Source of the DNA: a virus
Lineage: Duplodnaviria > Caudoviricetes
IMG/VR virus record: IMGVR_UViG_3300008113_000053
Location: 2,227 to 66,226 of that record
Reading direction: 5' to 3' (one strand)
Length of the DNA: 64,000 nt
Shown: positions 19,855 to 33,700 of the stretch, piece by piece
How the letters are laid out: each line of letters begins with the position of its first letter
Position numbering within the stretch: position 1 is the first letter of the stretch
Made by a program: the position numbers and the translations under genes
The notes under the pieces: model-generated
What the model saw: only the letters and a program-made list of their open reading frames with translations
Database searches by the model: none
Told to the model about the DNA's origin: nothing

Positions 19855-21738
19855 ATGGCTTTTAGCTCAGCTGGATTTATGGGTGGTTTAGCCCAACTTA
19901 TTCAAGGTAGACAACAAAATGCGCTTGCTGATCAACAAGCAAAAGAAAAGCTTGAAGAACGTCGATTGCAACTTGGGATGCAAGCTGATCAGATTCGCAA
20001 GCAAAAAATTGATGAAGAACGTGCACGACTAACATTTGAAGAGCAACAAAAAGACTGGACGCAAAAGGGTAAATTGCGGCCTTTTGAAATTGATACAGCA
20101 AAAACAAATCGAGATTTAGGTAAAGCAAATCTTTCTGGCATATTTGTCAATAATGACATTGCTGCCATGAATAGGGATACAGTACGAAGGCAACAGCAGG
20201 GACGCGACCAACTATTTGACTTGTCAGTAGCTACACCTCGGCATCAAGAAATGAAGGATTTGACTGCCGGGTTGCTGTCGCTTGACAGTACTATTAACAG
20301 TCAAATGACTATTGCTAATGACGTGACGAAGCCAATGGCTGAACGCGAGGCAGCTCAAGCTGCAATACGAAACGCTCATAATAGTAAATTTGCGTTGTTT
20401 AATAATGCAAAGAGTAAAGTTGGTTCAGTTCCTAATTTAACTTACGCTGATATTGCTACTGCTGCTGGAATTAGGCAACCTGATCCAACTAAGCCAGTTG
20501 ACTGGAACACTTACAATAACTGGGAATCTCACTTTCCAGCATTCACACCTGTTCCGTTGCGTAGAGTGATTGCCGCATCACCTGAAGGGAAACAATCTCT
20601 TGTAGATCTTGATAAAGCAATTTTAAATTCGTTTGACATGACAAAACACGTTACGCGTCCTACTAAATTTTTTGATATTCAAAAAATTAAAGGGCCTGAC
20701 GGAAAGGACATGTTTCAATTAAATCCAACAACACCGCAATTTAATTTTGATAAAACTAAAATGTCATCTGAATATTTTTCCTCACCGGCATTTTCAAGCT
20801 GGATAAAGGCTGCAGCTGCTACAAATAGGGCTAAAGAATCAGAGATATTGCAACAATTACTTGGCATTACACCTACAGAAACACAATACGACGCAAGTGG
20901 AAAAGTTATAAAGGTTGGAGATGTTGATAAGCAAGGCAACTTGATAATGACTCCGGCATTTGCACAAAGGATTGCAGCTAATTACAACACGCGTGTGCCA
21001 ACTCCAGAAAACTTATCTACAGTTATCAACAACGTGCAGAGTCAGTTTACTGATTCACAACGTAATGCGATTACATTCTGGAATGCACAGATGACATCTG
21101 GTGACACTCGCAAGACAGCAGATGCTGCAAGGTTAACCGCTAATTTATCCGCTCAAAGTGAAGTATTTAAAAATGCTAACGATGGATACATGAAAAATGC
21201 AAATACTGCTGATGCCGAATTAGCACAAATTGGACGAACATTAGGTGTATTAACGGGTGCTTTGGTTGCTCCTGCTTCTGCTATCTTTGGAGAAGAAATT
21301 AAGAAAAATGCTTCTGCGCCACAAAAAGAATTGATACAAAAATATCGAGAGTTATATCGTAAGAAGCAATTAGCTACAGCATATTGGACTGATGCCGGTA
21401 GTCGATATGGTGAATCTTTAGTAAGAGGTGAAGCTAATGTCGGTGCTTACGCACAAGCAATTGGTAAAGCATCTAATATTTACAATGAAGGATTCAGACC
21501 GTTAACTAAAGAAGAAAAAGAGATGTTTAAACGTCTTGGAATGGCTATTCCGGGCACAGAGCAAACACCTCCAAAACCTCAAGCAGGAGGAGGTGGAGGA
21601 GCTACTGCCGGAGGTGGTGCAGTAAAGCCAAACGGAGGACTAGGAAGTAATCAAGCTGGTGCAGGATTAAATGTACCAAAAGACACACCACTCGGTACTC
21701 TTAGAGTCAACGGTAGAATAGATAACCGTCAGCCATAA
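19855..21738 (+). CDS. Putative ejection/internal virion protein
   Basis: GFMGGLAQ N-terminus followed by coiled coil; position. Confidence 0.55.
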   Translation: MAFSSAGFMGGLAQLIQGRQQNALADQQAKEKLEERRLQLGMQADQIRKQKIDEERARLTFEEQQKDWTQKGKLRPFEIDTAKTNRDLGKANLSGIFVNNDIAAMNRDTVRRQQQGRDQLFDLSVATPRHQEMKDLTAGLLSLDSTINSQMTIANDVTKPMAEREAAQAAIRNAHNSKFALFNNAKSKVGSVPNLTYADIATAAGIRQPDPTKPVDWNTYNNWESHFPAFTPVPLRRVIAASPEGKQSLVDLDKAILNSFDMTKHVTRPTKFFDIQKIKGPDGKDMFQLNPTTPQFNFDKTKMSSEYFSSPAFSSWIKAAAATNRAKESEILQQLLGITPTETQYDASGKVIKVGDVDKQGNLIMTPAFAQRIAANYNTRVPTPENLSTVINNVQSQFTDSQRNAITFWNAQMTSGDTRKTADAARLTANLSAQSEVFKNANDGYMKNANTADAELAQIGRTLGVLTGALVAPASAIFGEEIKKNASAPQKELIQKYRELYRKKQLATAYWTDAGSRYGESLVRGEANVGAYAQAIGKASNIYNEGFRPLTKEEKEMFKRLGMAIPGTEQTPPKPQAGGGGGATAGGGAVKPNGGLGSNQAGAGLNVPKDTPLGTLRVNGRIDNRQP

Positions 21739-21750
21739 CAAGGAAATAAT

Positions 21751-24700
21751 ATGCAGACACGACAGCAATTAGAAGCTAAGCGTAAAAAAGAAGAAGCTGA
21801 AGCTCTGGCGAGACAAAAAGCTTTAGCACCTCAATTGCAAGCAGCTAGATCAGGAATGCCTGAATCAAAGGCTCCTATTGCTGAACTTCAAAAAGCATCT
21901 GGTAAACCATCTGCTAGAGTGTCTGCTCCATTAATTGCGACTCCTGACGGCAAAGTACAACGTGGTACACCCGAAGAGTTTAAAAAGATACACATAAAAG
22001 ACTGGGAAGAGAAGTTACGTTCAGGTGACCCTACAGTATTATCGTCTGCTAATGAATGGTTATTACAAGAAGCGCATAAAGAAAAAGCGATAGATGACAA
22101 AACGTACAACTCGCTTCAAGAACGTTTTCGGCAAATGCGCGTTGACTTAAATAAAACGTTCATTGGCGGAGTAGTAGACGGAAAGCAAGTTCCACTAGAG
22201 TGGCCTCGCACTGTATTTGACAAGACAACAAAACAATATGTACAGGAAAAGAGGCCTGTCTCTTTAGCTGATTTAATTGTTCGCAAAGGAAACAGTTGGG
22301 CGTTTATTCAACCAAAAACTACTGGTGAATTAGAAACCATCTTAAGGGCTAAATACGGAAAACGTGACGCTGTATTAGGTAAGACTAAAGCTGAAGTTGA
22401 AGAGTATCAAAGACCAAACACTCCTGCTGAAACGGCTAATATGTGGCTGGGTAGTGGATTAGGTGGTGCAGTTGGTTTTCTTAAACCCATAACAGATCAA
22501 TACGAACGTCTTGAAGATTGGGGTAGGAAGAAACTTGGAGAAGCTCCATACAAAAATCCAATTATCGCAGATGACCCAACATTAACTGGACGCAGTTTTG
22601 CGAGTAGGTTTGAAGCAGCTCGTCAAGGTACGGGCGCTGGTGTCAAATCATTTTTTGCAACACCTGCTAACTGGGCACAAAACGCAGACATTGAAATGCG
22701 AGCGAAGTCTGCCGTCCGTGATCTTGGAATTACTGATCCGGTAAAAGCGCGTGAGGAACAAGCTCGTCAGGAAGAATACTTACGCCAAAGTATTAGGGAC
22801 TTAGCGCCGGGTTCTAACCTATTGATGAGTGATTGGTTAGACAAGACGTGGAATAGATTTCCTGAGAGTGACGTTTATAACTATGGAATGATTGCTGGTG
22901 AAACAATACCAGTTGCAGTCACAGGATTACGTGCAAGCATTGGTTTAATGAATGCTACTAGCACATTAGGTGCTAGGGCACTTGCACCAGTTGGTATGGC
23001 TAACACTGGTCGGACAATAGGCTTAGTTACATCTGTTGCTGCTCCGGTTGGAGTTAGAGCTTTTAGGGATCAGTTAAGTAAGCCTAGTGATGTTTTAAAG
23101 TCATTGCAGAAAACAGGTGATGTTACACCTGCTGAGAAAATTGTACGTGGTATTGAAGCTGCGTTTGATCCAGTTGGCACTGTATTTCAGGGTGGTATGT
23201 CTCCGGGTAAAGAAGAAGCATTGTCACAAAGTGACCCTAGTGGTGCTGTTCGTGGATTTGTTTCTACTGCAACTAACTTAGGTTTGATGGCTCCCGGTGC
23301 TCCTAGTTTGTGGAATGATGTGAAGTCACAAGCTAGAGATGCGGTTAAGTTATATAACCGATCTACAGCAATCAAAGACGCTGCTGGAATTGAATCTTCT
23401 GTATTTAATAGCGCTCAACGTTTTACTAACTCTTTTGCCCGTATTGGTAGAAATGAAATTGGTAAGCGTGTTGCAATGGATCTTGGTTTTGGTGCTACAC
23501 AACCACTAGGTGTTCTTGGTGAAGCAGCATATGCACATTTCTCTGAGCGGAAACCGGGAGAAGAACGTCATTATCCAACCGCTGTAGATTATGGCCTATC
23601 CGTGTTGCATGGACTTGTTTCCTCGCGTCCCGGTAAATTTGCTCATTCGTTGATTAATGTAAATCCATTAGGTGCAATGGAACCACAGACTGCTGCAATG
23701 GACGCAGCTGTCAATATAATTAACAGGCCAGATCGACGTGTTGAACTTTTGCACGACTGGCTTGGACAAACATATGGACGCAGGTTTAACGACTACGATG
23801 TCAGATTACTGGCATCAGAAATGTCAAATGATAATCTTGGCAACATACAGCGCAGATTAGCGCACGTTGGCGGAGCACCAGACCCTGCATTTAAAAATCC
23901 AATTCATTACGTCCGTGAATTCATTAATAACCCAGATGGTTTTTCGGAAGCCACAAGGCAAAAGTACACAGATTTAATTGAAAACATGCGTGGCAATAAG
24001 GACAACAGGGACCATGAACCGGACAGTCCGTTAACTAAAGTCCGCATATTAGATGATCTCAACCCTGCAACCAAAGGTATACGCACACAAGAACTTACTG
24101 CACGATTCCTAAAAGATATTAACTTGCAAGCAGAAGCTGCTAAGTTGGCATCTAAGAATCAACCTAAGCCATCTGAGCCAGTGCAAAAGCAAGATTATTA
24201 CGGCTTGCGCATGATGGATGGGCGAGTACTGGTTTTCAATAAAGACTTATCATCCGCTCGTATTATTGAATCAGGAAACGAAGCTGACATAACTATGCTT
24301 GCTCCAAATTCATCTAGGGAGCTTGCGTCTGTTGACCCGCGAGTTGATTCTTTAGTAAGCCTTGTTGAAGGTTCAGAGCATATTCAAAATATTGTCAGGA
24401 CGTTAATTGAATCAACATTCATTAAAGACGGAAAAATACATAAGTTCTTTGGTTTAGATAAAAACGGCAATCCTATATTTGCACTTGAAGACGGCACACA
24501 CAAAACGATTAACAGGAATATTATTGGTGAATATGTAGGTGATTCAGAATTTACAAGTGCAGATGCAAAAGATGGTTTTATTCCAGCTTTAAAATATTTA
24601 GCTGAACAATCTGGCATGTCTGGAGAGGGTGAGGTTACGTCATTCCGTAAAAGTGGTGTCAACCCTCTGTATCCACATCAGCATGAAGTTGCTGTGCCTG

Positions 24701-27700
24701 ATTCTGAAAATGACACATATGGATTACGCCCAGTATTAGCAAACAACGATTGGGTTATGCATCAGTCTAACAATGGGTCAATTGTATTTACATCTAATAA
24801 CGGTATGGCGAAAGGTCGGCAATTACCTCCTATTGATGTTGCTACAGCATTAGATTTAAGTAATGAAGCAAGTGTAATTAATTACTTAAAGTCATTGAAC
24901 CCAGAAAGTGCAAGTGCTGCTGTGCCTGTTGCTTCAGGTCAAGGTGGCGTTGCCGAGCAAGGCATCATACATATTAATGACAACAAGACACTGCGTGATT
25001 TAATTGCAATTGCTAAAAGCAGTGAAAAGCTTGAGGATAAATTAGATGCCATCAAAGGCATCGTTAGCGAATATGTAAAACATGCACCTGAATGGCAAGA
25101 TGCAACTGGTGTTAAATCGGACGTACGCCAAGGAAGCATTATTGAGTCCGACGGAAAAACATATTTAGTCATTGACTCCGATGGAAATATAGCTGTTGCT
25201 AGAGATATCACAGATATTGAAGGTGCAAATCATTACATCCTGTCCGGTGATGCAATTAATACTAACGCCGTAAGGCATGACGTACTAGAGCGCATTTTTA
25301 ATGATCACAACATTGGTGGCGTAGACCGATCGATGATTCGGCCTGTGTCATCTGGTACGACAGACCTTGAAAGAGCTATGGCTGAGGCTATGCTCACAAT
25401 GTCTACTGGGGCTGACGTTTATTTATTTCATGAGGTTGTTGACGCAAGCCATGAAGATTTACCATCTGTCCTTTTAAAGATTGCAACGCAAGATCACGCA
25501 GACTATCTTGATTTATATAAATCACTCGTAGTGTCTTTGTCGGCTTGGATTGATAACAATCCTGAATTAGCTCACATGAGTTATGTTGCTGCAGCAAAAG
25601 CATTCAATGAGTTGATACCAACAATTGATGTAACATCATCAACCAATAGCGGTAAGTTACAGCAAGCCTATCACCTATTGCGTTTATCAAACTTTAATCC
25701 TGAAATTGAATCTGCTATTACAAATGCAGAAACAAGGCTTGGTTCTGCTCCTGAGCCTACTGGATCTGAGCCAATTGATGTTACTGTGTTCTCTAGAACT
25801 GGAGCGCCACGCACGACAAGAACAACTGAAGCACAGGCGTTAATTGTCAATGCTGCATTAGGACTAAATCGTGCTTTGCTTGGCGGTGGCGACGTATCTC
25901 CAGAGCGTATGAACCGAGAGCTTACTAGGATATTTAAACTTTATCCATCACTAGAAGCAAATAAAGAAGCAGCGCAAGCAAAAATCTTAGAACTCGCTGG
26001 GTTACTTAGAAGTGTACACCCGCTTATTTACTCTAAGGTACTTGGCTCACCACGTATGTGGATGATTAATAAATTCTCTGGATTACCAGCTGAAATTCAA
26101 GCGTTAGCTGCGGTCCTTCCTGAACGTGGGCCTGAAAACTTAGTAGGCCCTAACCCAATACTTGCAACTGAAGCTGGATACACAGCAGCGTTGGAGAAAG
26201 TCCGTAGTACTTACAATATAGAAAAGACACTTGGTACGCTAGATGATTTTAAACAAGAACTGTATCAAAGTGGGTTAGGATTTTTCTGGGAGGTTGTACA
26301 CAATCCAGAATATCTAGCAAATCAATCATCTGAGCGATCTGCAATAGCAAATGACATTAGACGAGCACGTGTGTTTAATGACACCAAGGCCGACTCTTTG
26401 ACACAGATGTTAGTGAACAGCGCTACGGCTGTATATGTGGACACAATTAAAAAGTTGGCTCAAAACCAATCTCTTCCAGCTGATCAACAAACGTTGGTTA
26501 ATCTGGGTGATGCAGTTATTGCGCAAAAATATGTTGACATGGAAGCTGCTCAACAACAACTTACAGGCACCGAGCTGATGTTGTCTGGGTCACCTACGAG
26601 TCAAGAGCAGTCTGCTTTAAGTTTGGCAGAAGCTCAAGCTACATTAGCAGACGTGGCAGAAACTTTAGGTAGAGTTGGAAGTGACATTGCATTAGTTGAT
26701 GCATCACAGCAATTTGGCGTAGGCACTATTGATAATGGCACAGGTCAAGAAATCGGAACAGGACTTACTTTAGCCAAAGAAAAAAGTATTGAAAAAGCGA
26801 CGTTTGACGCTTATTCAAAGCTTACTGATAAAGAAAAAATCGACGTAATTTTATTTAACGGTGCTTGGCCAACAATAAGTGGCTTAATGAGTGAGGCCAT
26901 CCGATCTGGCGATGCGGGTGTGCATGACTCATTGCTATCTGTGATTGCAGAACTTGCCAGTGGTGAAGTCGAATATCCCATGTTGATGTTTATGGGTGAT
27001 CCAAGTGCATATAATCAATTTAAAAACGACGTTAATGTTGTTAGGCAATATGTCAAAAATGCAAGCGCAATTGTTGGTAGTGGTGCAGATATACATGGGA
27101 CTGTCCGTAATAGAGCAATTGCAACATTACGCAGAATATTAGCTACAGACATACCTATTGATGGAAGTAACGTAGATAATGTCAAAGCTTGGTTGAATTT
27201 TCAAAATCTATTTTTAAAAGCATTTACAAGTAGGGTTTTAGAGGCGCACGTTACTGGCGCATCAAAGAATTTGAAAGTAGCTCAAAACACCATTATTGAA
27301 TTAGAACGACAAAACAGAAATTTACTTGATGTAGTTCGCATGGCATCACTTGCTCAAGACGCAAATATGGGCCTTGAAGAATACATGAAGTTGTCTAAAG
27401 ATGTTACTGGTGCCGTAATTAACTTTATGGGATTTGAATTCTCTGCTGGAGAGAGTATGTTAATTTCTGATGCAGTTCAAGCATTAATTAGCACTTTTAC
27501 ACCAGCAGAATTAGCGGCTCCCGGAGCAGCACGAGACTTAGTTGAACGAGCTGCGGAATTAGAACAAGCAATAGTTACAGCTGGTGGTGATATGCGTTCG
27601 TTGGTTGACTCACAAGGTCAAGCAAATGTTACAGTGGTTGAGTATGACAGAGGAGCACTAGGTCGAGACATATCTATTGCTGATCCAAATGCACCTCAAG

Positions 27701-30700
27701 CAACAAAAGTTAATTTACTGAGGGCGAATAATAGAGCAGGACTTGAAAAACTATTCCTGTCCATGATGTGGGGCGAAGCAGCTAACGACAATCCAGTAGA
27801 TGTGACAATTTTAGATGCTATAGCTGGAAAGTTTGAAGAGTCACAACAACTTAAACAATTAACTGAAACGCGAAATCTGCAGACTAAATTCCGCAAAGTG
27901 TTTTTACCGTCACAAGACAGTACTTTTGAGGTAGCTGTCATGCCGGGTAGCGGAAGAGTGCATAGGACAAACCGATCTTCCGAAGACCTTGTTAACGGAC
28001 AAGTGTTTTTTAATAGTGTGTACGAGCAGGGTATAGCTGCAACCAAAAGCGATCCTGTCAAACAACGTAAGTTTATTGATGCAATGAATGCGTTATATAA
28101 CGACGGTAAAAGTGGTGACACCTCTAAGATATCAATGAAGATGTTACAAGAAGTGTTATCTGCCATTGGGTTGCGCTCGTCATCCTTCATGGCAAAAACA
28201 AATCTTGGCAACACGTTTGTTATTGGTATGGATTCACGAAGTCAATACTTTGCCCCATACATGATCACAACAATGTTGACAGCTATGGATGTTCAAGGAA
28301 AGGTGCGTGTTACTGCTGACCCAACAACTCCAAAGCCTCCCGTGTATGACGTAAGGGATCAAATACAGGGGGATGAAGTTAATTACGATCGTTCTGTAGC
28401 AAATAACTTGTCTAAATTCTCTATCTTCTCTACGCCAGAAGATATGTCGAAAATGACAGTAGAGCAACTTGAAGACATGGTTAAGTATTACAATCTTATT
28501 GTAAATAAAAATTCCTTGTCTTTAAATGCTACTGATTTAGCTAAAGCAAAACAGATTAGAGATGCGTATCAATCTGTGTTGTCTGAATATGGTGCCAATA
28601 AAAAGGCACGTGATGTATCTGCTGTAACAACTGTAGTTACAAATAAAGCTAATGCTATTGAGGTCGCTCGGCAATTAGCAAAACTGTATGACATTTATTC
28701 ATTAAGTCAAGCCGAACGTGACATGGAAGCAGATATAGATTTAAACACTGCGTCTGCTCGTTCTGAGTACTTGGCATTAATGGCCCTAGCACGTATAGAC
28801 TCATCGATCATTGAACAATTTGCAATGAACAATGCATCTATTGCGTCTATGACGAAAGGCAAAATAATTGGCCCAGACAATACTGAGACTGTATTACTGT
28901 CACCAGAACAGTTATTACGTTTACGCAGTTTGCGTTTAGCTCAGCTACAACAAAATTTCTACAATCAGGACAATCAGTTGTTTGCGACTATGCAACAACA
29001 CTTGATGGACACTTCAAACTTAAGCCATCGTGATAACCCTGAACAAGGTGAATACATTTATGGCATGACTCGCGAACTTGGTCGTACAGACGATGCTGTA
29101 GCTAGACTTTTATACATTGCATCAAAGAAGGGTTTTGACCGAACAGCACACACTATTGCCCATGAAGTGTCTCACGTATTGTTCTTGTCTTTACCTGACT
29201 ACATGCAGGTTGAATATTTAAAAGCTGTAATGCCTGAGAAAGGTACTGAGGGAGCTGATGAGAAAATTCAACCAGCAATGGCGGATGCGTACAAATTAAT
29301 TAAAAGTGCTTCTGACGCATACGCGTTGCATATTAATCAAGGTGGCAGCAAGCATACATTTAAATTAAAAAACACATCCGGTTGGGATGGCTGGGGAACA
29401 GTATTACATGAAATGACTGCAACGTCATTTGTCAACTTCCTAACCCATGATGGTGTTGTTTATTCCGGTGGAGCAGAAAAAAGCCGAGCTGACAATGTCA
29501 CTGCTGTATTACATAACTTAGGTAATGTGTTGCGTCCAATAGCTGAGCGGTTAGGAACTGCAAGCGCTGGAAACATTGTCATGCAAGACGGCAATGCTAT
29601 GAATGCATATTTCTTAGATCCAGCTGCTGTTAAATATCAATCAACGGTTGAAAACGGTAATGAACGAACATTTTATCCGTTGCAACATTACAGTTGGTTG
29701 AACTTTACTGTTCATCACCAACGTGATGCGTCTGGTGCATTGCGTAGTGTTACACCGTTTGACATGATGGGATTGGTTGATGCTAACAATCCATTTATGA
29801 AAAAGATGTTTGGTGGTAATTACGACAGAGTCAAGTCATTGCTAAATAAGGGTGGAGTTGTATTAGATAGCTCACTTCAGGTTGGTAGATTTATTAACAA
29901 CTCATCCATTGCAACTGAACTTGCATCTGGCCAACGTGCTACCGGGCGTGTTGTCGGCATGGTCATGTCCACAGATTATGTGACACAGCAAGAAGCACAG
30001 CAAGCTGGTGCCAAATATGCTTTTACCATGAAGAATGCAAAAGGCAAAGATGTCATTTGGATTGATGTAAGTAATGACAATAACAAAATGACTTGGTATA
30101 AGCTTCAGTTTGAAGGAAAAGGCAAGTTTAGAAAAGGCCAGCAGCGTTCTGGTAAAAAAGATTACATGTACATTGTCGAGACTACTGGCGACATTAACAT
30201 GTATGAAAAAGACGGTGATCGCCACAAGTTAATGACTGATGGCAAAATGAAACAACAAAAGGTTCGTATCCTTGTTGGGCATGACGCATTTTCAGTGGAA
30301 GACAAATTAGCCAAACCTTATATTGTGTCTACTGGAAAAATTAATACACCGCAGTTTAATAACGTTGTTTACTCAATGCTTGCTCGTGTTGATAAGAGCC
30401 TGACAGAAATGTCGGGACAGTTAAACTATGATCATCAGCAAGGTTTGATTCAGTCCTTAGCAAAAGAATATGCTGGTGTAGAAGAAGGGTCTTTTACTAA
30501 TGTGTATGGTGCAAACTTATACAATTTAGTACAGGATCAAAGTTTAAATATTGGACAGCGTATAGCTAACGCAGATAAGACTAATTTGTCAGCACAATCA
30601 ATTGCTGCCGTCGATCCGTGGGTTCGTTACAAATACAACAACACTCAGTTCAGGTTAAGGTTTACAGAGTTATTACCAGAATTAGGAACCGATGCATTAG

Positions 30701-33700
30701 ATTTACTAAGTTCGTTTTTATACGGTCAGCGTCAAAATATGATGACTCCAGATGGCCGTTTAAGCACATGGCACAGAGCTGTGCCAGTGAAATATAAGCT
30801 TGGATTCTCGCAGAGCACTGCAAACTCAGATAAGTTGTTGACTCAGTGGATGGTCAATAAATTTACTAGTCTGAATGAAATCCAGAATTTTATAACATCT
30901 ATTAAAGATGCTGTTGTTGCAGCACGTAATTCCGGTGAAACTACTATTACAGTTCCAGATCCAATACTACAAATGGAAGGCACATCTATAGATGTGTCAT
31001 CTATTATTAATGGAATGTTCAGTCCAGACATGACTGACAATGAAATTAACGCAACGGCTCAAATTATTGAGAAATTTGGGACAGACTATTTAATTAAATT
31101 GTGGGCCAGCACTGGAAGTAATGGACTAGCTCAACTGTTTGAGGCGTTTAATCATTCAAAGGTAAACTTACAGCCTCTTATCTATCCTTCTACTATGCCT
31201 ACTACATTTGAAAAAGACGGCATTGTGTATGATGTTAAATCTGCTATTGATAAAGTCTTTAATCTTGCGTTAGACCCAACTACTGTTCGTAATTACGTTG
31301 GTCAAAATTTACGTGGAGGCCCAAACACGCAAGCTGCTGAAATCACATCTACTAGAAATTTAGATATAGCAAATCAGGCTGTTCTCTATCACATTATGAC
31401 TAAGGTATTTAGAGACCAACAGAGTCAAGTCAAGTTTATGAAAGACCTGTTGCGTGTAGGTCATACAGACAATAACACTACTCAGCAACTGGATCACATT
31501 AATGCATTGAATATGTTTAATGTAGTGAGTCATATCTTTGCAACAGATTCGCGTTTACGCACAGCTACTCAACGCAACTGGAATGACTCTAAGATCATTG
31601 ACATTAATGGCGATGATGTCATATTTGAAATACCTGATCGTGATATTGCGATTGCAGCTCCTCAGACTGAACAAGGTTCTGTTGTTAGAGTCAATCTTAA
31701 GACTGGTGTTTCTGAATATGTTGTTAAAACTAAAAAGTTAATTAACGGCGAAATTGTTGATAGGTGGGAGCCAGCGCAGAGCGTTGACAAAATGTATGGC
31801 TACAATGCCACATCTCGTCCTAATGATCCAATGCCTAGCACTGCACAGCCATGGACAACTAAGGCTAATGGACAGAGGTATACATCCGAACAGATGTTTG
31901 GTGGTGACCGAAAGGCAGCTGAGGTACTTAAATCTATTCTTGGCCAAAATGAAATGAGCAGACTGGTAACTGATGAAAATTACAGCACAGTAATTTTGTT
32001 ACCAAACGTCGATGCATTTAAAACTGGTTCTACGGAACAGGTTGCCAACAAGGGCATTAGTGCTTGGTCAGTCAGTTTTAATAAGGATACTGGTTGGAGT
32101 TTTAAAGAGCAAAACAGCTGGTGGAATGAGGCTGGTAATCCACGGTCACAGAATTTAAACGCTTTACTTAAAGCGGCAATGCCTTCTACATTAAGTGATC
32201 AAACACGGGAAGGTATTACTAAACTGCGTGTATTAAATGAGGAGTATCACATAGCTAAACTATTGGTCGCTCGTGAGGCCGTAAAGAAAAGTGATTTATA
32301 CAAAAAGCTTGGCGGTGGAGCACGTGAGCAACTATTCCCAGTAGCAGACCGAACTATTATGGGTGATATCTCTGGTGATACTTGGTATAGCAAATCACCA
32401 ACTGGTATGGAGGCACCTGAGCCTGAATCAACATTGGATTACGTGTCAGATATTGAGTTAGTTAAGGGCGGTGAGTCTGACTATCCAACTTTAAATGCAT
32501 TCTGGAAAGCAAAAATTACCGATGAAGTTATTGGTCACGCTGAAGCAAATGCACCAAATGAATTAGTGATTTACAAAGATCCTAATTTACAAAATGGACT
32601 TGGTAAGACACTGCAAGGTAAGCGAGTTACCTTAAATGTTGGGCCAGAAATGTGGCCAATTGTTGATGAGATTATGAAGAGTAGGAAACTACCTCTCGTC
32701 AATGCTAATGAAGCAATATCAATGGATATGGATGAAGGCTTGACCTTATTCTCTAAGACTCCATTTGAGCATGCAGTTGGAGGCGTAAAAGCAATTGGTC
32801 AATTTGGTCAATATATTTTAGGGTTTGACTTATCAACAATTGGAATTCAAGGTGCCAGACGCGCAATGAATGATCCACTTGGTGCAGTATGGGCGCTAAC
32901 TTACTCACTGCCTTCCATGGTCATGTTGAGCCGTGATAACCTTCCATTTTTTGCTGGATATGCTGCTGACTTGATATTGCGTGGATCTAGATATAACGCT
33001 AAGTGGACTCTATTAGGTAATGCTTATTATGAGATGGCAATGGAAGCAATGTTAAAGCATGTCAACCTTGCAAATAAAAGTAATTACACAATGGCCGAGC
33101 TTGCTGAGCTTGGATGGAAAAGTGATTATTATGACTGGAAAACAAAACACGCATTAAACAGAATGAAGGATCCTAGTAAATATAAAGCCTTAATGGATAC
33201 ACCGTTTGAAGTTGATGATGAATTTATCAGTGGTGCAGCTAAACATTTTGTTGGCATTAGTGGGCGATGGGATCAAACTCGTTTGTTGTGGCGTGATTTA
33301 TTCTCGCTTAAGCAAGCTGTTGACAACATGGAATTGGCTGAAGGTCGCAAGCGTTTTAATGTGTTTGAAAAACAGCAGCAAAATTACCGTAAAAATCACG
33401 AAATACGACGAGATAAGCGAGCTTTGCTTTTAGATTTAGCATTAGACATGGGTTTAACTAAGTTCTCTAGATCGAGGATGCAAGCCCCATTGCTTAGCGC
33501 GTTTGGGCAGGTGTGGAATTCTCTTGAAACTGCACCGGGGTACAACAGGTCATTTATTCACGGTATGAACCTTGATGTATTCCATGGTGCAAAAACTCGT
33601 GTTAACGGCGCATATATGAGGCTTATGCGAAATGGCCCTAAGTTTCTAAGAGGAAATTTATTTGACACAGATTTCTCTGATTACTACACAACTACTAGAA